A stretch of 64,000 nt of DNA, from NCBI GenBank assembly GCA_043823745.1, contig JBDRAN010000059.1, forward strand, positions 9,105 to 73,104. The letters run 5' to 3'. This document shows positions 44,873 to 54,628 of this stretch, piece after piece; position 1 is the first letter of the stretch, and each line of letters opens with the position of its first letter. A program made the translations under genes and the position numbers. Origin of the DNA: Candidatus Omnitrophota bacterium. GTDB lineage: Bacteria > Omnitrophota > Gorgyraeia > Duberdicusellales > 4484-171. Under the pieces are notes generated by a model. It was given only the letters and a program-made list of their open reading frames with translations, made no database searches and was not told where the DNA came from.

Positions 44873-46240
44873 ATGGAAAAAAAAATGTCCAAACATCTGC
44901 TTACGCTACACAGCTTAGGCATGATTAAGCCATTCGCTAAAATCGTTCGAAATCTTAGGGCTAAAATCATTAAAAGTGTGGGTTACAATACCAACTTAGT
45001 GCCTAATCAGCTCACGCGCATAGATATGCTTACGGACAGTCTTATGCATTTTATTTTGCCACAGAGAAACTTTTTTAATAGCAGTAGCATAGAATCTTCT
45101 TATCTTAATCTGGAAGACACTTTTAAAAGATATTTTGGATATAAGCATGTCTTACCGATTGCGCAGGGAAGGATGGCCGAGATCATTCTCGCTAAGGTTA
45201 TGGTTACCAATGGGACTGTAATACCAAGCAACATGCTTTTTGTTACTACGCGCGTGCACCAAGAGCTAAGCGGCGCGACCGTGCTTGAGATGCCTGTTAA
45301 GGAAGCTTACAAATTTGATAGTTGTTTTGCCTTTAAAGGAAATATGGATACGCAAATGCTGGAGCGTACCATCATGGAATATGGGCCTTGCTGGATCCCT
45401 TATATATATGTTGAAACTTGTGTAAACGCATCGGGCGGACATCCTGTTTCAATGGAGAATATCAAGGAAGTCAGCCGTATCGCAAAAAAATATAAAATTC
45501 CTCTTATTTTGGATGCGTGCAGAATATTAGAGAATGCGTATCTTATAAAGGAAAGAGAACAGGGTTATAGCCACCAATCCATACGTGATATCGTAAAAGA
45601 ATTTTGTTCTTTTAGCGACGGTTGCACCATGAGCGCCACTAAAGATTTTTTTGTTGAAAGCGGAGGCTTCATCGCTACAAATAATCAAGAATTATATTAT
45701 GCCGCACAAGATGTCATGTCCGTATTTGGCTATGGACTTTCCGTGAGAGCAAAGGCCATATTAAACGATGTGATGAACACGACGTTTCATAGAGAAGCAT
45801 GGGTTAAAGATCGCGTAGAAAAAGTTTATCATCTATGGAATAAGCTTAAAAATTTTGGCCTGCCCGTGGTAAATCCTTCCGGCGGCCATGCGGTTTTTCT
45901 TGACTCAAGAGATTTACATAAACTGTTACCCGCTGAATATTATCCAGAAAAGGCATTCCTGGCGCACTTATATGTAACTTCAGGGATAAGGGCAGGAGAA
46001 AACATTCTTACGCCTTATCAAAAGAAGTGTGGCACTCAGATGATTCGTTTAGCAATACCAACTCGTATGTATTCGCTGAGGCAAATTAATTATATAGCTA
46101 AGAGTTTAAGGTCTGCATGGGAGGAGAAAGGAAAACTCGGGGGATTGAAAAAAATTTCTCAGCCGCCTTCATTGAGCGGATCATTCTTTGCGAAATATGA
46201 GTTACTTTCCTCTCGAGTGGTTAATAAGGGGTGCATATGA
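44873..46240 (+). CDS. Beta-eliminating lyase family PLP enzyme (tryptophanase / tyrosine phenol-lyase-like)
   Basis: Blocks aligning to tryptophanase: IDMLTDS (IDLLTDSGT), SGGHPVSMENIKEVSRIAKKYKIPLILDACRILENAYLIK (SGGQPVSLANL...DSARFAENAYFIK), PLP-Lys region CTMSATKD (LAMSAKKD), and RLAIPTRMYS (RLTIPRATYT). Confidence 0.7.
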   Translation: MEKKMSKHLLTLHSLGMIKPFAKIVRNLRAKIIKSVGYNTNLVPNQLTRIDMLTDSLMHFILPQRNFFNSSSIESSYLNLEDTFKRYFGYKHVLPIAQGRMAEIILAKVMVTNGTVIPSNMLFVTTRVHQELSGATVLEMPVKEAYKFDSCFAFKGNMDTQMLERTIMEYGPCWIPYIYVETCVNASGGHPVSMENIKEVSRIAKKYKIPLILDACRILENAYLIKEREQGYSHQSIRDIVKEFCSFSDGCTMSATKDFFVESGGFIATNNQELYYAAQDVMSVFGYGLSVRAKAILNDVMNTTFHREAWVKDRVEKVYHLWNKLKNFGLPVVNPSGGHAVFLDSRDLHKLLPAEYYPEKAFLAHLYVTSGIRAGENILTPYQKKCGTQMIRLAIPTRMYSLRQINYIAKSLRSAWEEKGKLGGLKKISQPPSLSGSFFAKYELLSSRVVNKGCI

Positions 46241-46734
46241 CGGAAGGCTCTTACAGATAAATGTTTGGCCGCAACCGTGGCAATTTTTTCACCACACAAT
46301 CCACCTTTCGATGAGGTTTTTGGACCAAAACCAGAAACTGCGGATGCATCCGACCTAATAAATTTTGGAAGAACGTATGTTTCGAAATTTCCAAGATATA
46401 TAAATCTTGCGGCGTATATTGCAGCCATGAAAAAGGCAGATCCATGCTTTTACGCATAACAAGCTGTGCGCTTTCAGAAGCCGTTACCGCAGCCGCAGCC
46501 GCATTCATTCTGCTAAATAACCCCTTCTATGTATACCTTTTATAAGAAATTACGGCTTATATACCGCAAAAGTTAAAGCATTGGGGAGTCATGAAAAGAA
46601 GCTGAATTTTTTCAGAAGTTAATCCTCAGGATATTTATTAGCAGAAATGAATAGCGTGCCATACATAAAGATTTTCTCAGAAGTCTTTAGTTCTTCAACA
46701 AGTACTCGACATAGAGATCATTCCTCAAAATTTA

Positions 46735-49026
46735 TTATTTGATTTTAGGTTTGAAAGTAATAAGAATCCATGGGGTGATGAGAAGGTCGCAGCAGAGCGC
46801 TACAAATGTTGTTAGGGCACACAGGAAACCAAAGAGCATGGTGAGACGAAACTGCGAGAATAGTAAAACAAGATAACTGGCAATCATTACGTAGGAACTG
46901 AACATCATGGGTTCTCCCAGAAGCGAAAGCGTATGGCGCGTATTTTCGAGATAATCCGGATGTTGCGCCTGTTCTATCTTGAAACGGTTTAAAAAATGCG
47001 TCGTATCATCCATAGCAAGGCCAAGGGCTATTCCCGCCGTGAGTGCGGTTCCCACATTTAAGGTAATCCCGGCCCAACCCATAAACCCAAAGGTACATAG
47101 TGTCGGAATCACATTGGGTATCATCGTAAGCACACCTAATTTCAAAGAGCGAAAATAAATAATAGCGGCCAGAAGGAGCGTAAGGCCGACAAAGAGAAGG
47201 TCTTTTATCTGCCCCGTAGTGATAGAATTGACCATATTGGAATATATGACCGGGTATGAGGTTATTTTTATTTCAAGTGCCGGGTCCAGTCGGTCTTCGG
47301 AGAATTTTTTTATCCTGTTTACCAGCTTAATCGTCTCTACGGAGTTATGTTCTGAAATGCGGCAACGAATACGCGCCAGGCGGTAAGGGTAATCGACGAA
47401 ATCCTTTTCAACGTCGTTGCGTCGCGGCGACATAGAGTAAAGTAAAAGATACTGAGCAACCATTTCCCTTGTTTCAGGAAGCCGGTAATAGGCCTGGTCA
47501 TTATCATGCATTGCCCTGTTCATGTCTTTTAAAAAATCAACGATTGACACCGCCTTATCGACTTTCGGTTGTTGCCGCACAAACGTGGTTAGCATATCGA
47601 TTTGACGTAATACGGTTGGCTCTTTTATTGTATCGGCAATGTGCGTATCTACGGTTATTTCAAGATTAGAAACACCCGCAATATTTTTCTCTATAAAAAC
47701 AGTAGCTTGGCGTACTTCGCTGTTTTTATGGAAAAACTCAAGATGGTCAGTCTCGGCGCGTATGCGTAGAATACCCGCAATACAGAAAATTATTAAAAGC
47801 GGCAAGCCCACCCAGAACCAGCGTCTCCGGCGTTCTATGAAACGTATGATTGCGGCAATAAGAGGGGCGGCATTGATTTTTAGAACCGGTTTTTTTTGCA
47901 AATCCGGAAGTGTTTTTAGCAGTATGTGGAAACTGGGGATAAGAATCAGGGAAATGATAAATGCCAAAGTGGCCGCAATGCTGCCGAGAATTCCAAAATC
48001 AACAATAGGTTTTATGTTGTTGACCATCAACGAAGCGAATCCTATAACTGTGGTAAAGCTTGCGAAGAAACAAGGCCCGAATATCAAGATGAGTGCTTCC
48101 CGAAACGCACCCCGCCTGTCCGGGTAGGTGCGGCGGAGTTGGCGATAATAAATGTCGTGAATGTAATAAATATTTTCCAGCGCGATACAGAAAATAAGAG
48201 GAATAATGCCTATAGTCACATTGTTAAAAGTTTTGCCCATGACCGCGATGGCTCCCATTGACCAGATTAAAGAAAGGGTGATGACGAGCAGCGCAGCGAT
48301 AGTATCCCGCCAGCGCCCCATGGTAAGCCGCATCAATGCGGTTATGATTAGGTAGATGGGAATGATAAAGACAAAAAAATCCCGTTGCATGTATTCGCCG
48401 AGCGAATGGTTGATGATTGCATCTCCGGCAAGGTAAAGTTTATATTTTCTGTGGGCATTTTCTTTCAGCAGTATTGTTTTTATTTTTTTTACTACTTCAT
48501 TCGTTCGTTGTTTCTTAGGATCACTTTTGATATCCACGAGCAATGAATAGAATTTACCGTCCGCAGAGGCAAGGTCTTTTACATAAAGATAATTAGTAAT
48601 AGCATGTATGCGGATTATGTCGCTTTCCTGGCGTGACTGCGGTATTTTTTCCATCAGCGCTTTTACCTGGAACATGTCGGGGGTCGTGGTAATCAAGTTT
48701 GCCGTGGAGAGGGACTTGACGTTACGAACAAAATCAATTTCTTCTATTTTTTTACTTAAATTTTTGATGAACGTAAGGTCTTCTTTTGAGAATAATGAGC
48801 CGCCTTTAAACCCGATGACTACCGTTTCGTCCGTTTCGAAAAGTTCCTTTATTTTGTTGTAGTAGAGCATATCCGGATCGTTACGGATGACGAACGCAGA
48901 AAGTGAGGTATCAAACTCGAGATGAGCTAACGCCCAGCCGAAGAGGAGCGTAACGATAGCCAATATGAGCAGGTTCGTGCGGGGGAATCGAACAATAAGC
49001 TTTGCAATCAGGCGTATCAATGACAT
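46735..49026 (-). CDS. MMPL/RND-superfamily exporter (two 6-TM bundles with sterol-sensing-like domains and periplasmic loops; HpnN-like)
   Basis: 763 aa, 12 predicted TM helices in a 1+5 / 1+5 arrangement with large loops. Confidence 0.75.
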   Translation of the reverse strand: MSLIRLIAKLIVRFPRTNLLILAIVTLLFGWALAHLEFDTSLSAFVIRNDPDMLYYNKIKELFETDETVVIGFKGGSLFSKEDLTFIKNLSKKIEEIDFVRNVKSLSTANLITTTPDMFQVKALMEKIPQSRQESDIIRIHAITNYLYVKDLASADGKFYSLLVDIKSDPKKQRTNEVVKKIKTILLKENAHRKYKLYLAGDAIINHSLGEYMQRDFFVFIIPIYLIITALMRLTMGRWRDTIAALLVITLSLIWSMGAIAVMGKTFNNVTIGIIPLIFCIALENIYYIHDIYYRQLRRTYPDRRGAFREALILIFGPCFFASFTTVIGFASLMVNNIKPIVDFGILGSIAATLAFIISLILIPSFHILLKTLPDLQKKPVLKINAAPLIAAIIRFIERRRRWFWVGLPLLIIFCIAGILRIRAETDHLEFFHKNSEVRQATVFIEKNIAGVSNLEITVDTHIADTIKEPTVLRQIDMLTTFVRQQPKVDKAVSIVDFLKDMNRAMHDNDQAYYRLPETREMVAQYLLLYSMSPRRNDVEKDFVDYPYRLARIRCRISEHNSVETIKLVNRIKKFSEDRLDPALEIKITSYPVIYSNMVNSITTGQIKDLLFVGLTLLLAAIIYFRSLKLGVLTMIPNVIPTLCTFGFMGWAGITLNVGTALTAGIALGLAMDDTTHFLNRFKIEQAQHPDYLENTRHTLSLLGEPMMFSSYVMIASYLVLLFSQFRLTMLFGFLCALTTFVALCCDLLITPWILITFKPKIK

Positions 49027-49033
49027 GGATACA

Positions 49034-50506
49034 TTACTTTGCGTCGTTTTTTAAATACCGGAATTGATAACCGTCTTGTAGGGAAGGCGGAAGCGTATCC
49101 TTTACATCATCGTAGGTAACGCTTTTTTCCTCAATGATTTGCTGCGTTACATTCAATATATAGGGCGGTATGGCCCGCAGCACGATGGCAATTTTCCATA
49201 GGTATGCTTTACAAGACATATATTTACGCATACGTAGATAATTGAGCGGCGAGATGCTTTTGAGCCACAACAGAACATATTCAAAATAAAAGCGCCACTT
49301 AGGAAGTGTGGTTTTGCAAACCATATATTCTAGATTAAAGAAACCGTAGTTATATATGCTTAATTGTTTTTTCTCCTTCATCTCTTTAAAAAGTATCGTT
49401 CCGGGCGTGGGGGTGAGCGGCACGAAATAGGGTTGTGCGATTTTGTATTTTTTAATAAATGCCCAAAGTTCTCTGAATTCCTTTTGCTTGAAATGTGGGA
49501 AAATGATGAAGTGGGCGAAGCATTCGATGCCCAGCTGATTTAAAATTTCTATCGCTTTTACGTTGTTTTCCAATGTCGTGCGTTTATTAAGTCCGTCAAG
49601 CCCCGCATTGTTGACCACTTCAAAGCCCACGACAAGGCAATAAAGACCTATTTTTCTCCAGCGTTGGAAAACTTCCGGGTGTTCGACGATAGTGTCGGTG
49701 CGGGCGTACGCGCCGTATTGTTTTTTTACCCCGCGTTTTTCCAGGGCGTCAGCCATCTTCATCGCGTGTATATGATCGTGAAAGGTATTATCGTCGGCGA
49801 TATAAACGCGGCGTTGCGGTAATTGGGCGATATCATCGGTAACATCTTGAATATCGCGCAGTCGATAGGTACCCCGTGCAGTAAACCAGAGAGAGCAGAA
49901 AGTGCAGCGGTGAGGGCATCCGTGTGTCGTAATGGTGATGCCGGCGTGAAAGTGTCTGCGATATCGCGCGGCGAGCGTCCTGTCTAAGACAGGCCAGCGG
50001 AACGTCCCGGAAACAAGGGCGCGCTCTTCTGTGAAGATGAATTTATTTCCTTTGCGGATGGCCAGTCCTTTAACCTGTTCTAGCGGGGTATTGTCCCGTA
50101 AGGCTTTGACGACTTCAGGGAATGTTTCTTCTCCGGGGCCTATACAAATAAGATCAAAACAAGGTTGGTTAAAATCATCAGGGAGCAGCGTGGGGTGCTG
50201 GCCGCCGATGATAGTGATTACCTCCGGTATGATGCATTTTGCTTCTTCGAGCATCCTGCGCGTAGTAAAGATTTCTCCTGATGTGTGTATACGCGCCGCG
50301 ATTAAGTCCGGCTTAAATTGTTTAAGTACTTTCTGCCAGGACCGCGGACTTTCGTAGCGTCGGTCAAATATTTTCACCTCAGCAAAATCTTTTACCAGTG
50401 AGCCAAGTAAAATTGCAACGAGAGGCTCATAAAAAGGCAGAAAAGGAACAAAAGACCTATGAAAATTGGGATAGGTGACGAGGACGCGCGGTTTTGTTGT
50501 CATCAA
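49034..50506 (-). CDS. B12-binding-domain radical SAM protein
   Basis: Radical SAM motif TTHGCPHRCTFCSLW; N-terminal B12-binding-like domain. Transcribed in the same direction as the MMPL gene and directly upstream of it. Confidence 0.75.
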   Translation of the reverse strand: MMTTKPRVLVTYPNFHRSFVPFLPFYEPLVAILLGSLVKDFAEVKIFDRRYESPRSWQKVLKQFKPDLIAARIHTSGEIFTTRRMLEEAKCIIPEVITIIGGQHPTLLPDDFNQPCFDLICIGPGEETFPEVVKALRDNTPLEQVKGLAIRKGNKFIFTEERALVSGTFRWPVLDRTLAARYRRHFHAGITITTHGCPHRCTFCSLWFTARGTYRLRDIQDVTDDIAQLPQRRVYIADDNTFHDHIHAMKMADALEKRGVKKQYGAYARTDTIVEHPEVFQRWRKIGLYCLVVGFEVVNNAGLDGLNKRTTLENNVKAIEILNQLGIECFAHFIIFPHFKQKEFRELWAFIKKYKIAQPYFVPLTPTPGTILFKEMKEKKQLSIYNYGFFNLEYMVCKTTLPKWRFYFEYVLLWLKSISPLNYLRMRKYMSCKAYLWKIAIVLRAIPPYILNVTQQIIEEKSVTYDDVKDTLPPSLQDGYQFRYLKNDAK

Positions 50507-50514
50507 GCTTCTCT

Positions 50515-51987
50515 TTAAAAAGAGTATTTTGCTTTTACAAAAAACTGGTCATTTTTATTGTACTGACCAAAGGTAGTATCAGGGGGTCCGAAGAAGTTAT
50601 CGTAACCTACAGCCATGGTGAGTGCGTCAGTGAGTGCATATTCGCATTTAAGTTCCCAGTAACGATCAAGGTTATATAGGTACAGCCGGCCTGTTGCTTC
50701 AAGGAGCAAGGTATCATGAATAAATTTCCTTGAGACTTTATAAATAAGACTATCCTCGTATCGGCGCGAGGTCATTCCTGCTTCATGGTCTGGAATGTAT
50801 TGCATATAATATTGAACGTTTACATAGACTCTATTTTTAAAAGTATAATCGCCCCCCACGATGCCGACAAAAGCATCCTTTTTAACCGTTCCGTCAGTTC
50901 TCTCGGGAGAATCGCTTACGAAACGGTCCCCCCACGTATACGCGAATTCCCCTCGTACACCGGCTTTTCCCAGGAGCGTTTCAAAATCAGAACCAATCGT
51001 ATGCTCGCGATGGTAACGCTGGGATACTTCATAGTTTGGCGCAAAGAAAGGAGGAGAGCCTATACTGACGAGATCGCGGTGTAGAGACGGTAATTCATCG
51101 TAATGGTAGGCATAGCTTAAGGAGAGGTCATAATCCTGCGTTGTTTTGCTCACTTTAAGCGCTCCTACTTGGCTGTGCAGGTTTTGTGCCGGCCGTGAAG
51201 GTGTATCAACAGGGATCTCGTTGAGATGATACTGGCGTAACAGATACGGTTCCCAGTCAGAGCCTGTTTCCGGAATACGGCTTGCTTCGAAAAAAGGAAG
51301 CCATATGACCTCGACATTAAACGGCTCAAATGCGTAATCAAGTTTTGTCATCCAGACGGGAAGTTTGCGTTCCGCCCGCGTTAAATTCAGATATTCGGTC
51401 CAGTCCTCAGGCGTAAAATTATCGGTTGGGTTTAGCTCATCCGATTTTCCCCAGCGTATAACTTGTCTTCCTAGGCGCAGGTTAAGGTTGCTCGTGGCAT
51501 AATTAAGGTAGCATTCCCAAAGTTTAAAGCGCTTTTCTTCATCACTCGTGTGCTTCGCGCTGCTATGTACCAGGTCGTATTGCCCATCAAGCGAGAGAAA
51601 TGATGAGAAACGTTCGGAGAACCATTGCGATGATTCAAGGCGCAAATCCTGACGTAGCTCATAGGCATGCTCTGTTGTAGTATCTTTTTTTCTGTCGAAG
51701 TAATTACGGTTTTGGTAGTAGCCGTGGATGTTTACTCGTTCCCAGAAGGTTTTTTCTTCTGCGGTGGATTTTTTATCGACCGCGGCGGTTGTAGCGGGAA
51801 GTGTTTCTTTTTCCTTTGGTGCCGACGCGTCAGTTTTTTTTACAAGTTGTGTATTTTTTTCACATTCATCGAGCATCTGGTGTATTATTTTTACTTTTGG
51901 CTGCACGATTTTCTCAGCACCGAAAGAGTTTCCATGTGTTGAAACGATAATGGCACCGATAAGGAGAAAATTTTTTTTACCCATCAA
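50515..51987 (-). CDS. Outer-membrane beta-barrel protein (DUF1302-like partner of MMPL exporters)
   Basis: Signal peptide; alternating amphipathic beta-strand pattern; C-terminal aromatic residue (…KAKYSF). Confidence 0.45.
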   Translation of the reverse strand: MMGKKNFLLIGAIIVSTHGNSFGAEKIVQPKVKIIHQMLDECEKNTQLVKKTDASAPKEKETLPATTAAVDKKSTAEEKTFWERVNIHGYYQNRNYFDRKKDTTTEHAYELRQDLRLESSQWFSERFSSFLSLDGQYDLVHSSAKHTSDEEKRFKLWECYLNYATSNLNLRLGRQVIRWGKSDELNPTDNFTPEDWTEYLNLTRAERKLPVWMTKLDYAFEPFNVEVIWLPFFEASRIPETGSDWEPYLLRQYHLNEIPVDTPSRPAQNLHSQVGALKVSKTTQDYDLSLSYAYHYDELPSLHRDLVSIGSPPFFAPNYEVSQRYHREHTIGSDFETLLGKAGVRGEFAYTWGDRFVSDSPERTDGTVKKDAFVGIVGGDYTFKNRVYVNVQYYMQYIPDHEAGMTSRRYEDSLIYKVSRKFIHDTLLLEATGRLYLYNLDRYWELKCEYALTDALTMAVGYDNFFGPPDTTFGQYNKNDQFFVKAKYSF

Positions 51988-52829
51988 TTAAAATTTTCTA
52001 ACGCTGCTGTTTGTAAATTAAGCTGTTCAAAAAGCTCATCCGAAAGGCCGGAATTATAAACAACGTTTGTTGTAACAATCTCTGTTTTATGGCCGTCCAT
52101 CAGGCTTTCCATAGAGACATAGCGCGGCGTCCAGATGCCGTCTATTTGCTCTATGTTTTTGGCCCTGCCTATTTTAACCAGGTGCCCCTTTTTATCGAAA
52201 TATTCAACGTGTATACGGATAAAACTTTCTTTGTCCGTCCAGGTGCGCATGCGGCTATAGACGGTATTGGCGCCGGGTTTTGCCGTTGCTTCGTAAAAAT
52301 AGCATTCTTTTCCTTCACGCATATCGTCACCTGCCGCGGAGTAAGTGTAATTATCGACTTTTAAATTTTCGAGGTCCTCGTAGTTGAAATCGGTTCCGAC
52401 AAAAGTTTGTTCTTTATCGTTTGTGGCGATGCGCCGTATTTTCTTTAATGCCGGAAGGTACAGAAACTGTGTATCGTCGGCTCCGGTATTTTCCCACGTG
52501 AGCAGTCCCGTCTGGCGGATGTCGGCGGGGGAAAGAAAGCGGATCATAATTTTCCGCAGCCCCCCCCTGTCTTTCATGTAGCGATACGCAGAACGTTTGC
52601 GGGCATATCCGGTTTTGTTGGTAAGCAGCATGTCCCACCGCCAGACTTGGTCGTCTCCGGCGTACTGGTTTTTTACACTCAATTGGATTTCGCGGCCATC
52701 TCTTATCTCTGCGGTTGCACCGGAAGCGCCAATACACAGATACCCGGCGATGAAGATAGCAAATAAGAAACTCATTTTTTTTATTAGGTCCGACATTTTA
52801 TCACATGCTTCAAGCGGTATCCCGCACAT
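51984..52829 (-). CDS. LolA-like outer-membrane lipoprotein-sorting / lipid-carrier protein
   Basis: Signal peptide with a lipobox-like region (IAGYLCIGASG); ~280 aa. The context (MMPL exporter plus OMP) is typical for this family. Confidence 0.45.
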   Translation of the reverse strand: MCGIPLEACDKMSDLIKKMSFLFAIFIAGYLCIGASGATAEIRDGREIQLSVKNQYAGDDQVWRWDMLLTNKTGYARKRSAYRYMKDRGGLRKIMIRFLSPADIRQTGLLTWENTGADDTQFLYLPALKKIRRIATNDKEQTFVGTDFNYEDLENLKVDNYTYSAAGDDMREGKECYFYEATAKPGANTVYSRMRTWTDKESFIRIHVEYFDKKGHLVKIGRAKNIEQIDGIWTPRYVSMESLMDGHKTEIVTTNVVYNSGLSDELFEQLNLQTAALENFN

Positions 52830-52920
52830 TTAATGTTACGTACATTATAATATATCGTGAAGAGAATGTAATTTTTAAAAACTACTTAAATCCTTACGTA
52901 TAGGATTCAAGAGATACGCT

Positions 52921-53601
52921 TTATTGGTTTAATTCGGTTATTCGCCGCACCAGTTCCTCGGTTGTATTTGCGAGCAGCGTTTCGTCTATTTTTTCTTGAT
53001 GCATTGCTTCAAACGAAAATGGTTTTCCTACGGTTAAGGTTATGGTGTGTGCGGTGTGTAATTCGAATGAGTGAGGCGAAAGGACATTGCCCGCTCCGTG
53101 TATATTGACGGGAACGATCGTAACTCCGGTTGAGAGCGCGATGGCTGCAGTGCCTGTTCCGGGTTTTTTGTTTTGTGGGTGTTTTTTCGAATACCATCGC
53201 GCCGCGCCTTCCGGAAAAATGACTATCCAACAACCTTCGCTTAATGCTTTCTTGACTTTTTCGACGGTTCCATTCACCACGATTACCGGGTATAATGCGT
53301 AGAACCATTTTAAATACCATATTCTATAGTTTTCTTTAGAAATGACCCACAGTACATTGGCCAGATTGCTATAAAAGGCGGTCCCGATCAGAAGTACATC
53401 CAGGTAGCTCGAATGATTTGATACGATAAGCGCGCTGGAGGTATCCGGGATATTTTCAAGCCCTTTAAATACAATTTTAAAATTTGCCTTTACGAAAAAT
53501 TTGGTGATAGGAAATGCCCATGCGCGTAGGTATACTCTTTTGCGGTTAAGAAATAATACAAAATTTTTTAAATAAAGCAGGATTTTTTTCATTTGGAACA
53601 A
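52921..53601 (-). CDS. Lysophospholipid / 1-acyl-sn-glycerol-3-phosphate acyltransferase family protein (PlsC/OlsA-like)
   Basis: H-x4-D motif NHSSYLD and the second-block motif FPEGAARW. Confidence 0.75.
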   Translation of the reverse strand: MFQMKKILLYLKNFVLFLNRKRVYLRAWAFPITKFFVKANFKIVFKGLENIPDTSSALIVSNHSSYLDVLLIGTAFYSNLANVLWVISKENYRIWYLKWFYALYPVIVVNGTVEKVKKALSEGCWIVIFPEGAARWYSKKHPQNKKPGTGTAAIALSTGVTIVPVNIHGAGNVLSPHSFELHTAHTITLTVGKPFSFEAMHQEKIDETLLANTTEELVRRITELNQ

Positions 53602-53756
53602 AAATTTGCTATATAAGAATTATAGCAGGTAACGATAGCCTTTACAATAATGGTATATTATTTTTTGCAGTATTTTTAATTAAAAATTGTAGTATAATCA
53701 ATACTAAATCAATTGTTTTTATTGACAATTGCTAAATATATAGTATTTTAGGGAAG

Positions 53757-54545
53757 ATGAAAATAATCGTCTGCATAAAACAGGTTCCGGATACCACCGA
53801 AGTAAAGATTAACCCTGAAACCAACACGCTCATTCGCGAAGGCGTTTCTTCGATTATCAATCCCTTTGATATGTATGCGATCGAGGAAGCGCTACGCATA
53901 AAAGAAAAACATGGTGCTGAAACGGTCGTCATTACCATGGGTCCGCCCCAGGCAGAGGGAGCGCTTCGCGAGGCTTTGGCCATGGGAATTGACCAGGCAG
54001 TGCATTTATCCGATCGCGCCTTTGCCGGTTCTGATACTTGGTCAACCAGCCTTATCCTTGCCAAGGCAATCAAAAAAATAGGACAATTTGATATGGTAAT
54101 CTGCGGGAAGCAGGCTTCTGACGGCGATACTGCCCAGGTTGGTCCGGGTATTGCCACGCATATCAATCTTACTCAAGCAACCTATGTGCGTAAAATTGAT
54201 GCGGTTGATACTACTCGTAAAACCGTGCGTCTTGAGCGATTGCTTGAGGATGGTATAGAGATTCTTGAGGTTACGATGCCTACGCTTATCACAGTGGTGA
54301 AAGAGATTAATGAGCCGCGTTTTCCTTCGTTGCGGGGAAAGATGCGCGCAAAGAGCCAGGTTATTACCGTTTGGAAACATACTGATATAGGCCTTGGCGA
54401 AGAGGAATTGGGTCTTAAAGGTTCACCTACGCAGGTAGTGCGTATTTTTACCCCGCCGCCGCGCGATAAGGGGGTCATGTTTGAAGGTGAACCCGAGGCG
54501 ATCGTCGGGAAATTGGTTGAGGAATTGAAAAAAAATCTTGTATGA
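53757..54545 (+). CDS. etfB: Electron transfer flavoprotein beta subunit
   Basis: MKIIVCIKQVPDT N-terminus; 262 aa. Confidence 0.85.
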   Translation: MKIIVCIKQVPDTTEVKINPETNTLIREGVSSIINPFDMYAIEEALRIKEKHGAETVVITMGPPQAEGALREALAMGIDQAVHLSDRAFAGSDTWSTSLILAKAIKKIGQFDMVICGKQASDGDTAQVGPGIATHINLTQATYVRKIDAVDTTRKTVRLERLLEDGIEILEVTMPTLITVVKEINEPRFPSLRGKMRAKSQVITVWKHTDIGLGEEELGLKGSPTQVVRIFTPPPRDKGVMFEGEPEAIVGKLVEELKKNLV

Positions 54546-54628
54546 GATTGTAGTGATTAGAAAAAGATTACGGTGATTTTTAATCTTTGTAATCGTTCCC
54601 CTAATCGCTGGAATCATCAATAAAAAAT

